In this document: positions 1 to 12,409 of the stretch, piece by piece
Position numbering within the stretch: the first letter of the stretch is position 1
How the letters are laid out: every line of letters starts with the position of its first letter
Origin: Phoronis australis
Lineage: Eukaryota; Animalia; Phoronida
Direction: 5' to 3'
DNA: 64,000 bases
Assembly (NCBI GenBank): GCA_002633005.1
Contig: NMRA01000372.1
Span: 211,058-275,057, forward strand
Program-made: the position numbers and the translations under genes
The notes under the pieces: model-generated
What the model saw: only the letters and a program-made list of their open reading frames with translations
Told to the model about the DNA's origin: nothing
The model's database searches: none

Positions 1-830
1 GTTGGATCTGACTTATGACAGTTTTACTGTATGGCAATGAAAAATCAAAGACATAATTTCCAATGACACAATACCATCAATATGAGTATTCTGCAAAGGG
101 AGTCTGCAAAGCAATAGTTCAGTAGCCATATGACACAATCAGTGTTCACCCTAGGCTTGTTTCTTATTTGACGCAGCTAAGCTCATAAAGACACATACTA
201 ACTTAATAAAGTTTATTTGTGCACCACACTGGATGCAATTTTTATGTAGGTTTTAAGATTTACAACATGGACGCGAGAATCAACTGTTTTGCATCTATTT
301 TATTTATTCATTTGGTAAATTGCACTATTTGACTAATTTTTTCAGTGTGGACAATTTGCTTCCTGGAACCCCAGAAATTGAAATGGATCACCAAAATTTT
401 GGAAGGTGCGTACGCTGACCATAATGTTTTGATGTGCCGAGCAACTGTGTACAGCATGCCAACTCGGGGATAATGTCAATTTACATATATTAAACAACTA
501 CAGCAAAAATTGCAGATTTCTAGAGATTTTGAGAAAAGATAACTTGGAAGTGCAGCCTCGCATGTCAAGTAGCTTTGACGACATCATCTCTTTTCACAAT
601 CAAGTGATACAGAAATGTGGGAAAAGGAGATCTCTGGAGTGCTGTTAACAGATATCAGTTTGTAAATTACAATCGCAGAATTAGGCTAAAAGAAATGGTG
701 GGAGAATCTAAGATGATCCCAGAAATGAGATGCCAGCAGGTCCTACTTTGGAGTCTAAGAATGTGGATTGTTTGTGGAAACAAAGTTTATTCAGCACGAT
801 ACTCATAAACATCTAGTCCTTACATTCTAT

Positions 831-894
831 AGGGAGTATAAAGGCTCTGTACCATGGATGGCAGGGAGTATAAAGGCTCCGTACCATGGATGAC
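831..894. repeat. 32-bp tandem duplication
   Basis: agggagtataaaggctc(t/c)gtaccatggatg(g/a)c, two copies. Confidence 0.9.
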
Positions 895-2043
895 AGATGG
901 GCAGACTGACTGAACATGTTTGCGATCAGTTGAATTCAACCAAATGGTTTGTGTCGTTGTTTGGAATTTGTTAGTCACACTTACATGTAATCCATGCACT
1001 CCGCCCTAAAACAACAACCACCCTGTGACATTAGGAAACCAAAAGCAGCACATACAGTATAAGCTACCAAAAACCGAACTAGACTAGAGGTACTAGGGTA
1101 TGTTTTTCCACTCAAACTAACTATGAATGCGAACAATACATAGAACCAACAGGCATTTTAAATTGGATCTCAAAGGACAAAGCCTGCCAAGGCAAGAGGC
1201 CAAGACCAGTAAACTTTGATGACATGGTGATAGGAAAGATTTTACAAAACACTGAAATCCCACTGCCTTCAATTACTATGCAAGCAGCAGGTGAACTGTA
1301 AGAAGGCTTTGAACTTTTTTCTACTGACAAAATTGCATACTGCCAACAAAGTGAGCCACAAGTTTGCTGCTATATATTAGAAATTTAAAAAGATTTTCCC
1401 AATGACACAAAGGGAATTAGCCACCAGTAATCGAATTTTGAATCCGGCCCAAAGTTCAAATTTTAATTGGTGGGTTTACGTGACTATTGCACAGTTATAA
1501 CATTGACGAGTGTACAATGTAAAGCACACACATGTCCCCCGCGTGCAAAAATATTGACTTGTAACTCTTTTTGATGCCCACCAGTTACAAGATAAACAAA
1601 CATTTGACCCCTTCAACAGCAGTACGCTAATAAGTTATACTTGGAAATCATGCCATTTCTTTTTTTCTGTTGATGGCAATCCCCAAATTTAACTTAAATG
1701 TCACAGGTTTTCCTATCCTGAGGTGACCTCAGGCACATAATTTTGTTGATAAAATCTTACTCTGATCTGGCCTTCAAATTGTTCCCATCCCCTGAATAAC
1801 ACGATGCAGAAGCACAATGCAACTCTGCCACAAGTCCTACAACAACAGTGATATTTTGGTCCTTACAACCATTCCGCACATTGAGAACCAGTTTTCTCCA
1901 CTCAGAAGCAGGTATCAAACTGGTTCTCAAAATCTGGGACTATTCAGGACATTCTGGTGACTAGGCAGGAGCTGCAGTAAATTTTGCCTAAAACAAGACA
2001 TACTCGAGCATTAAGTTGGGGACGCAACACAAATGATACGCAC

Positions 2044-2133
2044 CTTTACATCTTTCACCAATTCACTGCCCTCGGTCGGTTGGGCGTTGCTCTCGCCTGA
2101 CAACCATTCCGGTAAAGTTAGGGAGCCTTCACC
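2044..2133 (-). CDS. NICN1: Nicolin-1, coding exon 5
   Basis: Acceptor tgtttatccaag|, 90 nt encoding GEGSLTLPEWLSGESNAQPTEGSELVKDVK, donor |gtgcgt. Comparable to NICN1 S.TFPKWLS. Later exons were not found and presumably lie beyond base 1. Confidence 0.8.
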
Positions 2134-3578
2134 CTTGGATAAACAGCAGAGCATTAGAACATGGTTTGACCCATCAGTCATGATTGTAACTGATATTGTG
2201 TGCATAGTACAATTTTTAAAACGGGCCAAAATCTATTCTGTTTACTTGAAATCGAATTCGAAATTATTTTTAACAAAAGATTTTACTTTAGTGTGAAATG
2301 AAGGTAAGTGGCAATGATTCCGAGTTCGAGTTTGCCATGGTTTACATGGATGACTGTGAAATCCTACTTTACACTTGATGATTCAAGCATTGAAGCCATA
2401 AATTTGACTATATGAACTTGCAATTTCGAGTTTATACACGAATCTTAGGACCATCAAGGACAAATTTGTCCTAAAAAAATTAGTGCATAATCCATAATAC
2501 GCTCCAGAACAGAATAATTATAAATAAATAGTTATCTTACAGGAGAAGTGCAAATGCCAAATATATTTCCATGTTTGATCCTGAGTAAAAAAATTAGATC
2601 ATTGGTCCAGATGTCCTGTAGGAAAAATCTGGCCCTAACAATGTTCACCTTTAGGATATGGAAATAAATTAATGTATTTTAGTCTCATATAACTCTGATC
2701 CTTTAAATAACTGAAGAACATTTTAGGAGACTATAGAAACAACCAATGCGTTGCCAGGGCCGCACCATCTGAAGGTTTAAGCGATATCTGTTGTGAAGAG
2801 GGTGAATTGATCAATACTCACTAGGTCGAGTGAGTAGACGGCCGAGACTAGAAAGACATTCACTGCAAGATCAACTTTTAGTATTTGAGGATAGGGGTTC
2901 TACATGTAACTCAAGTGCCATCACTTTTAGGCTTTGGACCGTTAACATGTTACTAGCGCAATCTACCAAAAATTATATTTCATGGTTATCTTAGCAGGCT
3001 CATAAAGTCCCAAAACATCATTCTGTCATAAAATCATTTTATTTCGTATTGCTATAAAAATAAGGACCAAGTTTCAAATAGATCTTTTTTTTACAGCATC
3101 CACACGCCCTCACAAGAGCATAACTTAGTGTTTCTTCCACACAAAGGAAGGCCAAATATGTTCTATAAACTTTTGTTTGAATTCAACAATGACAACAGAG
3201 GGCACTGTTGGCAAAATAACCTAAAACCCCTATGGCAAGGGACTATAGATCTGGGTGCATCCAGTTGACTGCAGAAACTCCTCAAAAATGTAAGACCAGG
3301 CATGCATGTATCCATGAGATATCGCTTTGATTACAAAAGTTGTTTGAAAAAGGTTCAAGTTTATTGCCCTATATGATTTGAGTCTTGAGGGGTAGGTGCA
3401 CCAACCCCTTTTTTAATTTTTGATACGGTTGTAAATCCAATGGCTGTCACCACAGACAAAAGGAATTTTGAAAATTGACTTTTTTGGTCTTTATTGCAGG
3501 GGATTACCAAGATCAGTATTTATTTAATAGACCCCTGTTTAACTAAACATAGCTTAACAAAGGCTTAGGACCATGCCC

Positions 3579-5074
3579 AATAGCGGATTTGCAGCGACGC
3601 CATATTGAAATTAGGTTAAAATGGTGCATTGTGGGTGCTGTGGTCAGGATTCCGAAAGCGGCCATAGTAACAAGCATAATACGCGGTATGAGCGCGAAGA
3701 AAAGTTACGGTGGATACACTTGTTGTGTTCCTGGCTGCTTCAAAAACAACAAGAGAGATAAAAATCTGAGTTTGTATGTGTTCCCTGCAAACCAAGAACT
3801 TCGTGAAAAATGGATATACAACATTAGGAGACCTGGGAGTAAGGGGAAATTTAGCGCATTCAAAGGAACACGGGGCCATCTAGTAGGCAACACGTAGCCC
3901 CTCGGTTCAGGGGCTACAATACTTCCATTCGCTTTCTGTACTCATTTCGTTACTCCAGTGTATTTTAAACGGGCCGTGACCGGATTTGGGTTACCAATTT
4001 CGAGATTTCACATCGACGGTCAAAAATACACTCTACACTTAACTTAAACTATCATTTAAAAAACGCTTACTTTCATCATTGGTTCTTTCTACTTCTATAC
4101 ATATCTTTAATGAAGCTTAGTTTTGAGAATTAAGTTGACTTTGGCGAAGAATTACAACTCGACTTTTTTGGTTGCCGTTAATTTTATCACCGCGTGCGCG
4201 ATAACTACAAAGCATGTCAACTGAATCCCGTGAGTCGGTTAGGCGCAAGGTTAGACTGAGCGAAGCGCGTGACGCTAGCGCGCAACACTTGTAAAATAGC
4301 ATGAGAAGGTATCGGGTGAAACTTGAACGATGTGTGACTCTGGACTTTTTATTTTCAAGTAACTTCCTCAAAATGGCACCCGGTAACCGTGACTGAGAGA
4401 AACTCGAACAAACCGCGACAGATTTTCATCGGATTCGTTCAAGTTTTGCTGACTAAATTGTATCCAGAGTCGTGGTATGTGTTAATTATAACTCCGTGTT
4501 CCTATATGTATGCCGGGTTCATTTGATTTTATTTGCTGTATTTTGAAATGAGTAACTTTTTGTGAGGATGTACTACGCGCCCCTGAATGCTTGCGGCATC
4601 CAGTGCGATGTAATTGCTTAGGGGCCATCGTGTGTGCAGCGAACATTTTCCTGGTGGAAAAAAGACTTATGAGAACAACATTCCGACGGAATTTCCACTT
4701 AAAATTAACGTCTCTAGCATATCCACGACGAAAGCTACAAAAGTTAAGCAACCCAAGAACTCTCAACTTGTCTGAAATAGGAGATTTCGAAATCAACGCC
4801 GATAACCCCAATACTGAACACGGCGACAGTCGTGCTCTCGGTCACACGGTCACTGATCATAGCTACGCTGTGTTTACAAACGAGAGAGAGGACTTGCTTG
4901 GTATTATAAAGCAAAAAATGAAACATGGTTTTTAGTTTGCAAATCACTCTAAATGCACACACTATCCAGTCTGCTCAAGACATGCCTGACCACAAGCTAT
5001 CCCATGAGCCTTCGCGAAGGAAGTAACTCGCACATGCGCAATGCGTAGTTCGTCTGCGCTGCAAATCCGCTATT
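3579..5074 (+). mobile_element. Non-autonomous TIR DNA transposon carrying a THAP zinc-finger ORF remnant (ISL2EU/Harbinger- or P-like)
   Basis: Perfect 18-bp inverted ends AATAGCGGATTTGCAGCG (3579) and CGCTGCAAATCCGCTATT (5057-5074). THAP ORF from ATG 3688 (CCVPGC...FP...REKW...IRR) resumes at 4630 (RVCSEHF...NIPT), with a downstream DHSY motif. No DDE domain. Confidence 0.85.
3881..4620. mobile_element. 740-bp non-coding element nested in the THAP ORF
   Basis: Flanked by the direct repeat GGGGCCATC (3872-3880 and 4621-4629). Removing it restores the THAP reading frame. A related partial copy lies at about 60390-60800. Confidence 0.85.
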
Positions 5075-5084
5075 NNNNNNNNNN

Positions 5085-5116
5085 AGACCCCCAATGTTGT
5101 CCAAATCCCACGTCAT
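5085..5116 (-). CDS. NICN1: Nicolin-1, coding exon 4 (5' part only; the rest runs into the N gap)
   Basis: Acceptor ttcttgttttgtccgacag|ATG ACG TGG GAT TTG GAC AAC ATT GGG GGT CT = MTWDLDNIGGL, comparable to NICN1 MLCDMARISEL. Phase 0 as required. Truncated by the gap at 5075-5084. Confidence 0.8.
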
Positions 5117-6217
5117 CTGTCGGACAAAACAAGAATGATCTGCGTTTTTCAGACTATTTTCAAATGCTTCGTCTTCAATACACTGTTCAGCAATAAAGTT
5201 AAGAGATACGGTAGTAATTTTCTAATTTGGGACCGTCTCTAGAATTTGAGAACTGAAAGCTCGCACAAAATTAGATTTTCTTCATTCTGGAGTATGGGCG
5301 GGTGGTCTTGGGGTTCATCATAATTCTCAAATTTCAGACAATGTGTTTCCAATCCAGAGAGTGGATAATCCTGTTTTGCCTTTCTGGTGATTCTTGAATT
5401 TGGGATGGCCGATATTGCCGATTTCTAGAATTTGGTATGCGCTCGGACCTTAAGCAAAATAATTGACTTTTCACTGTCCCAAATCGGAGTTTTATCATCA
5501 TCCCTTAATGTGAAACACAAACCAGAATCTGCAGTGAAATCTGTACAGCATAGCTGACCTACATGTAAAACATGAGGACAATCAGTCATGAAAATTCAAG
5601 CCAAAACCTAATTAAATTTGTGAACAAAAGTGCAAGTTTCAATTACCCCATCCTTTGTCAACACAATAGAAAGCCACTGATCTGGCTGGGCTGCCAACAG
5701 TCAACATGCATCTGTAGTTTTAGGACATAATGAGGTATCATCAAAGGATTACATAGGTGACCAAGCAACCCCAAGCAGCTGGATTGAATTCAATGGCCTA
5801 TTGTGTTTGCATTATCAAACTCCAAAAGGAGGGACAATCATAATTCAATGGTCAATTTTTATCTGGACTAGGTTCCTTATGATGTTAGGGTGACTTATAA
5901 ACTTTAGTTTCTTTGGCATCAACTTCTGTTCATTAAACATCATGTGGGTGAGTAGACAAATGCACCAAGAGTGACCTAACTCATAGTCTACAAATATCAG
6001 TATCCCTTTGTGGGCCTGAAGAAAAATTGCAGCCAAACATGTAAAAAAAGCCTTGTGATTAATATACAGATTAAATTTTGTACTTACAAGTGCATGTCCC
6101 AAATCTTTCGGCATTAAATCTCAAATCTGCCGGCTTACAAAAAAATCTCATTGACTCATTTAGATCGAAAAATGCCGTGTCATTTAGTAAAAATGTTTTA
6201 ACAGTAATCTGGCAAAC

Positions 6218-6321
6218 CTGTTTCCTTGTGATGGAAAAATAGTCCTGAGCACCAGTCTCACAGTGGGGATTAGGCATCAGTATTAGGTGGGGTACACAGG
6301 TGTGGTATTTAATGTCACCAG
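6218..6321 (-). CDS. NICN1: Nicolin-1, coding exon 3
   Basis: Acceptor ttatcatttcag|, then CT plus GDIKYHTCVPHLILMPNPHCETGAQDYFSITRKQ, donor |gtttgc. Matches NICN1 TC.....LMP.PH.E.GAQ.Y. Confidence 0.92.
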
Positions 6322-6647
6322 CTGAAATGATAACCATGGTGAAACCATTTATCATAGACCAACCATCACTTGAATATTAAGCAGGCACAAGAACATTAAA
6401 TATAGCAAAGTTCATACACATATGCATGTTGCAAGAGTCACATACTTCATCACATAACAGTACCAAAAATGAAAAAGATAAAATTCAACCACTGACAGAA
6501 AAAATTATGATTTTAGGGAAAAGACTGTGTGGTGACACATTAAGGGTATGGGCCTTCAACTCTCGCTTATTGCAATGGAGATCGTATTGCTTGCGTTTCA
6601 ACCAATTACTGAAACAGTTCTTGTCCCCATTTGCGTGTGTAGTCTCC

Positions 6648-6744
6648 AGTTCAAAGGTCATAAAATCGGTCATCTTTTCAGAGGTCATCAGCTGAGAGAT
6701 CAGTTCAAAGGTCATCAGTTCATAGGTCATCAGTTCAGAGGTTA
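6648..6744. repeat. Degenerate 15-bp minisatellite (AGTTCAnAGGTCATC)
   Basis: Units at 6648, 6702, 6717 and 6732 with degenerate units between. Explains the repetitive ELMT ORF. Confidence 0.8.
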
Positions 6745-9700
6745 ACACACATCAAAATTCAGAGGCCATACGTCTCTTATTAAACCTTGCTCAGACTCAG
6801 CAGGGCTTCATTTGGCATCCAGCAGCTGGCTAATGGGACCTCATTTTTGTATGGCAATGTGGTAAAAATTCTAAGTCACCAGGAAGTGGTCACATGTTTT
6901 TGAGTTATAACCACGATGTAACCAAATAACAGCGCCCGGCGGTTTTGGGGTGTTGCAGCAGACATCTGTCCTTGCAGTTTTCATTTCTGGATGTTGGCGA
7001 CCATGTGTTGTGTATAAAGGCCAGGATTTTCGCGGTGAAGCTGCACAGTACAGAGTTAATCCTTGTTAAATTGTCAAGCTTTTTCTCATTTGACGATCTG
7101 GAAACTTTGCCAAGACCACCAACTCAAGTATGGCATTGTTTATAGTTTCCGGGTACTATATTTGAAAAAAATAATGCAACCAAATGTATACTAAAAATGG
7201 TTGATGCTCCATCAGCAATTCACTGACTGGTACTTAAAACTACATGTACTAGTGAATTCCTGGTTCTCTTCCACAAACACTGAGAAGTCAGCGAAAACAT
7301 GAACCATGTTAATGCATGCATACACTATACAACACAGCATATTAAACACAGAAGACAGCATGCACAATATTCACACACAGTCACTATTCATTTGACGACT
7401 ACTGTCAGCCAACTTGCAAGATAGCATACAACTGCCTGGATCACCACAGGGGGCTCACTGTGGAGGAACATTGTGTGAAGTAACATCTCTGCCTGACTCA
7501 CCCTAAATCGCAGTTACAAAATGACATTGTTTCAATAATTTTATAGTTTATACAAACTATACACAGAGAAAATTTGCATGAATGGGATTTTCATTGTTCT
7601 CATCAACCCCTGAGCCACTAAATTTCATTTCTCAAAAACAATTAAATTTTTTTAAGGAAAAACAACACAGAAAGCATGGAATTCCAGTAGTCTTTAACAG
7701 CCACAACTAAGCTGGGTACAGCCACTAGTACCACATAAATACCCGTGGACCAAGTTTTTAGCCAGGACACTTAAAGAGTGACCTCCACCCCTGATTTGAG
7801 CTATCAGACATCAGCAAACACACACACACATGAACACACAGGAGAAGAGTATACAACAATTGGGGATTTATTGAAAATTTTTATCATACATACTGTACTT
7901 CAACAAAATGCAGAGTAACTCATGAAATTTTGTTCAACTGGATGAGTCAGAAAAATAGCTGACAGGTCAGTTGATTTTTAACAGACCAGCATCTAATTGC
8001 ACAACCAAGAGTAGCTCTGACTTTGATTCATGAATAACCTTATATATTCCCTTTCAACTACACCAATTGTCATGCCTTTTAATTTAGACAATTTAACTGT
8101 AATCTAACCTCTGTAAAATTTTACAAAAAAACGCCTCAAGTTAATTAGCACGGTGTAAACAATTTACCACCTAATTGTCTTGGAATTCCAACACAAGTGA
8201 CAACGTCAGTGGGACCCGATCTAATGACTCCCATCAGAACACAGCTTCACTGATTGCCCACTGACTCATTGCTGAACGGTCAGATAAATAGTTCTGACTC
8301 AGTGGCGGATCTAGGATACCATAAGGGGGGAGCTCAACATGTTGTCACAGAGGATCGGGCAAAGTGTGATGGTATATGCAGCACAGGCCCGAAGTTGCGG
8401 GAGCCGGGTATGTGACCCACCTGTTTGGAAAATATACCGGTGGACTAAAAAAAAGGATTTCCGCGATGTGCGGCACCCCCTTCTCCGCATCCTATTTACT
8501 TGCTCAATATTGCTTCACGCTGTTGTCTTCCATTTTTGCTAACGGCATCCAAGGGGGGGGAGGGCGGCCCCCCCTTAAATAGGCCTAATGTGACTACTGC
8601 TGTACTGTAAAGCCTACATAACTATGGTGACCACAAAAAAACGACATTACAGCGGGAAACCGTTTTGTTTGCAACATTATGCTGAGGGGAACTAAAACTT
8701 CTTTTATGTTGCCACACTGCAGCTAGGAGTCAGCTGGGGGTCTTCAGTAAAACAGTCACCGATGCTTTGTGTAAGTCTCCCATTAAAATTGCCATGACCA
8801 TGCAGCTCTTTGGTGCAGACAAAAGGACGTCAGACTCAGAAGCAGGGGAAAATCTACACTATGTTCATGTTTTACATGAATTTGCAGAATGACTCTCAAA
8901 AAACAACTCACAAAAATTAGCAATGACAACACTTATCGCAGTTTCGAAAAATGATCGAATAAACTGTATCTATTATGCACCTCCATGGGATGACGAGATT
9001 GCTTTCGAAAGTCTAAATTTGCAAAATCGCTAACATCAATGAATAATCTACAGTAAATCACCATGTGGACTACATGTATAACAATGCGTCTTTCAAAGCG
9101 CAATCCTGGCTAGAAGCAAAATGAACTCAGAATTTAAGGGTAGAAATGCATTGTGCAAACACGAGACGGTTACTGGAACAATCAGACACCGTGACCTTGG
9201 GCACAATAAATGACACCACCAGTAATTGAAATACGGAAAGTCAAATGTGTGCCAAACATGACAGCCATCACCAGAAAAGTTGCATGATGTAATTACCAGA
9301 CAGTGAGATCAGCCGATACCAATTCAATGGGGGTTGCAGATGACGTTGATTATTAGCGGGCCATGTCGTATATGTTTTGGCCATTGAATGCAAGTGCAAG
9401 TGCTATCTTTATAATTTTGTGGCTTCGTTTGATGCATAAAAGCTTAAATAAGAGCATTTTCTAACAAAAAGACATATCCACACAAAGTTAGTAGTATGCT
9501 GCATGAAAACAGAACAAACTAGGGAGAATCAGTGTTTCAGTGGTCAGGTAAGGTTCAGTAGTACAGAGAACCAACCTGAGGCTCAGGGAGAATTTGCGTG
9601 ACAGTGTGTGAACCTTACTCCAATATCAGAAGTTAGAGAAAACTGGTAAGTTGGGATGTGTATGAAATCAAAGTTCCACGTATTTGGTGTACAGGGTAAA

Positions 9701-9953
9701 AAATGCAAACACATATTTTGGAAAAGTGTGCAAAAAGGGAGATTGATAATGTTTCCTGACTTCATTGGAAAGTTATTAAGGGGCGATATAAAACAGAATA
9801 ATTGCATTTGGAAAATTGAAAGAAAATGGGGATAATCCAGCATTCAGAAGTTGATTCTTGTTTTGTTACAACTGACACGAGTAAATGTCATCCCTAACGT
9901 CAAAGGAGAGAGTCAGGTGGTGAGCCACAGCGAACATGCGACAGTATACATAC

Positions 9954-9989
9954 CTTTCGTCTTGTTAATATGGGAACTATCACAGAGAC
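9954..9989 (-). CDS. NICN1: Candidate 36-nt symmetric (phase 1-1) cassette exon of NICN1
   Basis: gttgtcgtctcag|GTCTCTGTGATAGTTCCCATATTAACAAGACGAAAG|gtatgt. Open in the frame linking exons 2 and 3 (R-LCDSSHINKTK-A). No homology support. Confidence 0.5.
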
Positions 9990-10288
9990 CTGAGACGACA
10001 ACTATGAATGGTGATTATAAAGAACGGATGTACCTTTAGGACAATGCAAACTATATTCACTGACTATAAACTCATTTACACTGTCTACCCATTATCACAT
10101 AGCAATACATAGAGCTTATTTGACCAAGCTTGGCAGATTCGTCAGTTTCTCAAATACTCGATTCTGATCAAAGTGAATTAACGCTACCTAGGTTTCAACG
10201 GGTTATATTTTTTCTCACAGACTGCGAATAAGCGAAGTTTCAATTGAAATGCATGGGCTGTAAACCCACTTATCATCTGTCATGAAAA

Positions 10289-10697
10289 CCGTAGCCCGGT
10301 CTCTAATCTTTGTACTCGAAACGAACTCGAAACTATTTTTGGCAATTTCTCTGCTCCTTTTGTGCGAGCTTAAGATAATTGGTTATCAGACTGTGCTCGA
10401 ATACATTATAGTTTATGCATAGGAGTTTCTAGTTCAAGTTTGCCCTTGAAGGCCCTTATATTCGTGCTACAAACTCGAGTAAAAACTCGAAATTTCGAGT
10501 TCAAACTCGAACTTATTGCTTTAATATTGGGTTTACAAACTGTGAACTAAGGGCAATAAATTATCTACGTAAGTCATTGTGTACTCGAGCATAGAATAAT
10601 AGACACTTATCTTGAGTTCGCCCAAAAGTAGAGTAGAAAATGCCAAACCTGATTTCGAGTTCCATTTCGAGTAAAAAGATTGGAGACCGGGCCCGGT
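10289..10697. mobile_element. About 400-bp foldback MITE (Harbinger-like ends) in NICN1 intron 2
   Basis: Ends gcccggtctctaatctttgtactcgaaa and tttcgagtaaaaagattggagaccgggc are inverted, and imperfect self-complementarity continues towards the centre. Confidence 0.75.
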
Positions 10698-11202
10698 TTA
10701 ATTTGGACCACTTAACCATTATGGAATTGGTCTCAACTGAATTTTTAGTTTAATAATCAAAATGGATCTGATTTCTGGACTGGGAAAAAACTGGCAGATA
10801 GTTGATGCCGCATGCCAGTTCATTAACCATGTTGGTTTTGGGCAAAATTAGTCAGAGAAAACTCAGCACAGTTGTTGTCAGCATTGTATATTTACATGAT
10901 GCCAACGTTTTGATGATATGGTAAAGTGATTTTCATTGAAACCTTGGACATGTATATTATAACATGTAAATACCCAATACTGACAACAATTGTGCTGACA
11001 CTTCTCAAGTCAGTTCATCTGGCGATGAAAAACTGTAAAGTCTTTGCAAAACTAAAAGTTTACTTCTCACTTGACTCGAGGACAAGACAAGCCCAGTATT
11101 ATACATGTAGCGGTAAGTGGTCTAAATCAAAATCTAGTTTCTTTGATAGAACGCAGAGTTTGTTGCCACTTTGAGGACATCATTTCCCGTCAGAATACTC
11201 AC

Positions 11203-11281
11203 GTTCTGAGCTCATGTCTTTCTTCCTTGCCTTTACAGTAATTGATGCTGTGTAGAAGTTCTTGAAACGAATTTCACCAAT
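11203..11281 (-). CDS. NICN1: Nicolin-1, coding exon 2
   Basis: Acceptor tgtacgtttcag|, 79 nt encoding IGEIRFKNFYTASITVKARKKDMSSE plus one C, donor |gtgagt. Matches the NICN1 motif EI.FKN(Y/F)YTA...I. Phase 0 to 1, compatible with the neighbouring exons. Confidence 0.92.
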
Positions 11282-12409
11282 CTGAAACGTACAAATATGT
11301 ACGTTCTGCAATTTAAGTCTGAATTGTCATTATGGGCAGACATGACTCTCACCTCCACTCTAATGTTAGTTGAGACTGGAACCTAAATAAAATACATAAT
11401 GAAATTGATGTCATGTGTAAAAATGGTCAGCTGTCGGTTTGGGCAACTGACAGTTCGATTTCGACCGCGGTAACATTTCTTCGAGCTAGGAAGAGTACTA
11501 GTAAAATAAATCAACGGCATACTAAGGTGTCCTCGGGGGTATTCCTGACCAGGTTTAAACCAGTGCCGTTTGGGCGCACCTGATGATAAAAAGTGTGCCT
11601 TTTTAAAAAAATTTGTGTCCATCAGACTTTGTGTAATTAAAGTGGTAACACATGAAACAGAAACCACAAGGGCAATCGAATGTGAACAGAGTCATGTTTT
11701 ACCCGACTGGCTTAAGTTGACCAGAATTTTGCATCTTTGGAAGAGCGTTGTGTTTTAAGATGCATCGGGGTGTGCACTGCTGCAATGTACTTGTGCCTTT
11801 CTATTTTTTGCACTAATGATGCAATGGTGCGGTGTATGAATATCCCTGTGTCTTTTATGTGCAAAAGGTATAGTAAGATGATTGCGATGGACAGTGTGAG
11901 GCATACTTCCCCAAAAACCTTGTGGCATATAGAGATCCTATGGTATGACCACCATCTCTCCTGCGGCCAGTTGAGACAGTGCTACCCACGACGTAAGACT
12001 CATAAGAGGACTCAGCTGACCCTAGGTATGCTGTGCTAATGACAGTAATAATCCAACACAACAAAGGGCTAGCTTCTATCTTGTGACTTTGAGTCATACA
12101 AGATGTATCCAGGGTCATAATGAGCAATTCCAACCAGATTCTTCTAAGTTCAGTTTAGCCAGGGTCAGGGAACCTTACTATTGTCTTAGACCTAGCTGTA
12201 TTACATTCACCGTGGACGTGTTTCAAGGGGGCACAAAACAGCTCCATTCACTTTCTTTGTATTAATTCATAAAGAGTATTTTCGCACTTAAAGAGGGACC
12301 TAACTATCTGGCTATGAAGTCTTCATGGTGTATACAAAAGTTAAGTTTTAAAGATATTTTATTGCCATACGTCACGCTCACGCCGGTGCTTGGGCTGTGC
12401 TGTCCTCAC

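Noticed and set aside
1881-1930. 14-bp inverted repeat with a 22-nt spacer
   Set aside because: Real but isolated. Too short to assign as an RNA gene or element.
6485-6748. ORF with ELMT repeats
   Set aside because: Product of the 15-bp minisatellite inside a NICN1 intron, with no splice or homology support.
6780-7160. Possible extra minus-strand exon
   Set aside because: Every frame has stops, there is no similarity to NICN1, and the gene model is consistent without it.
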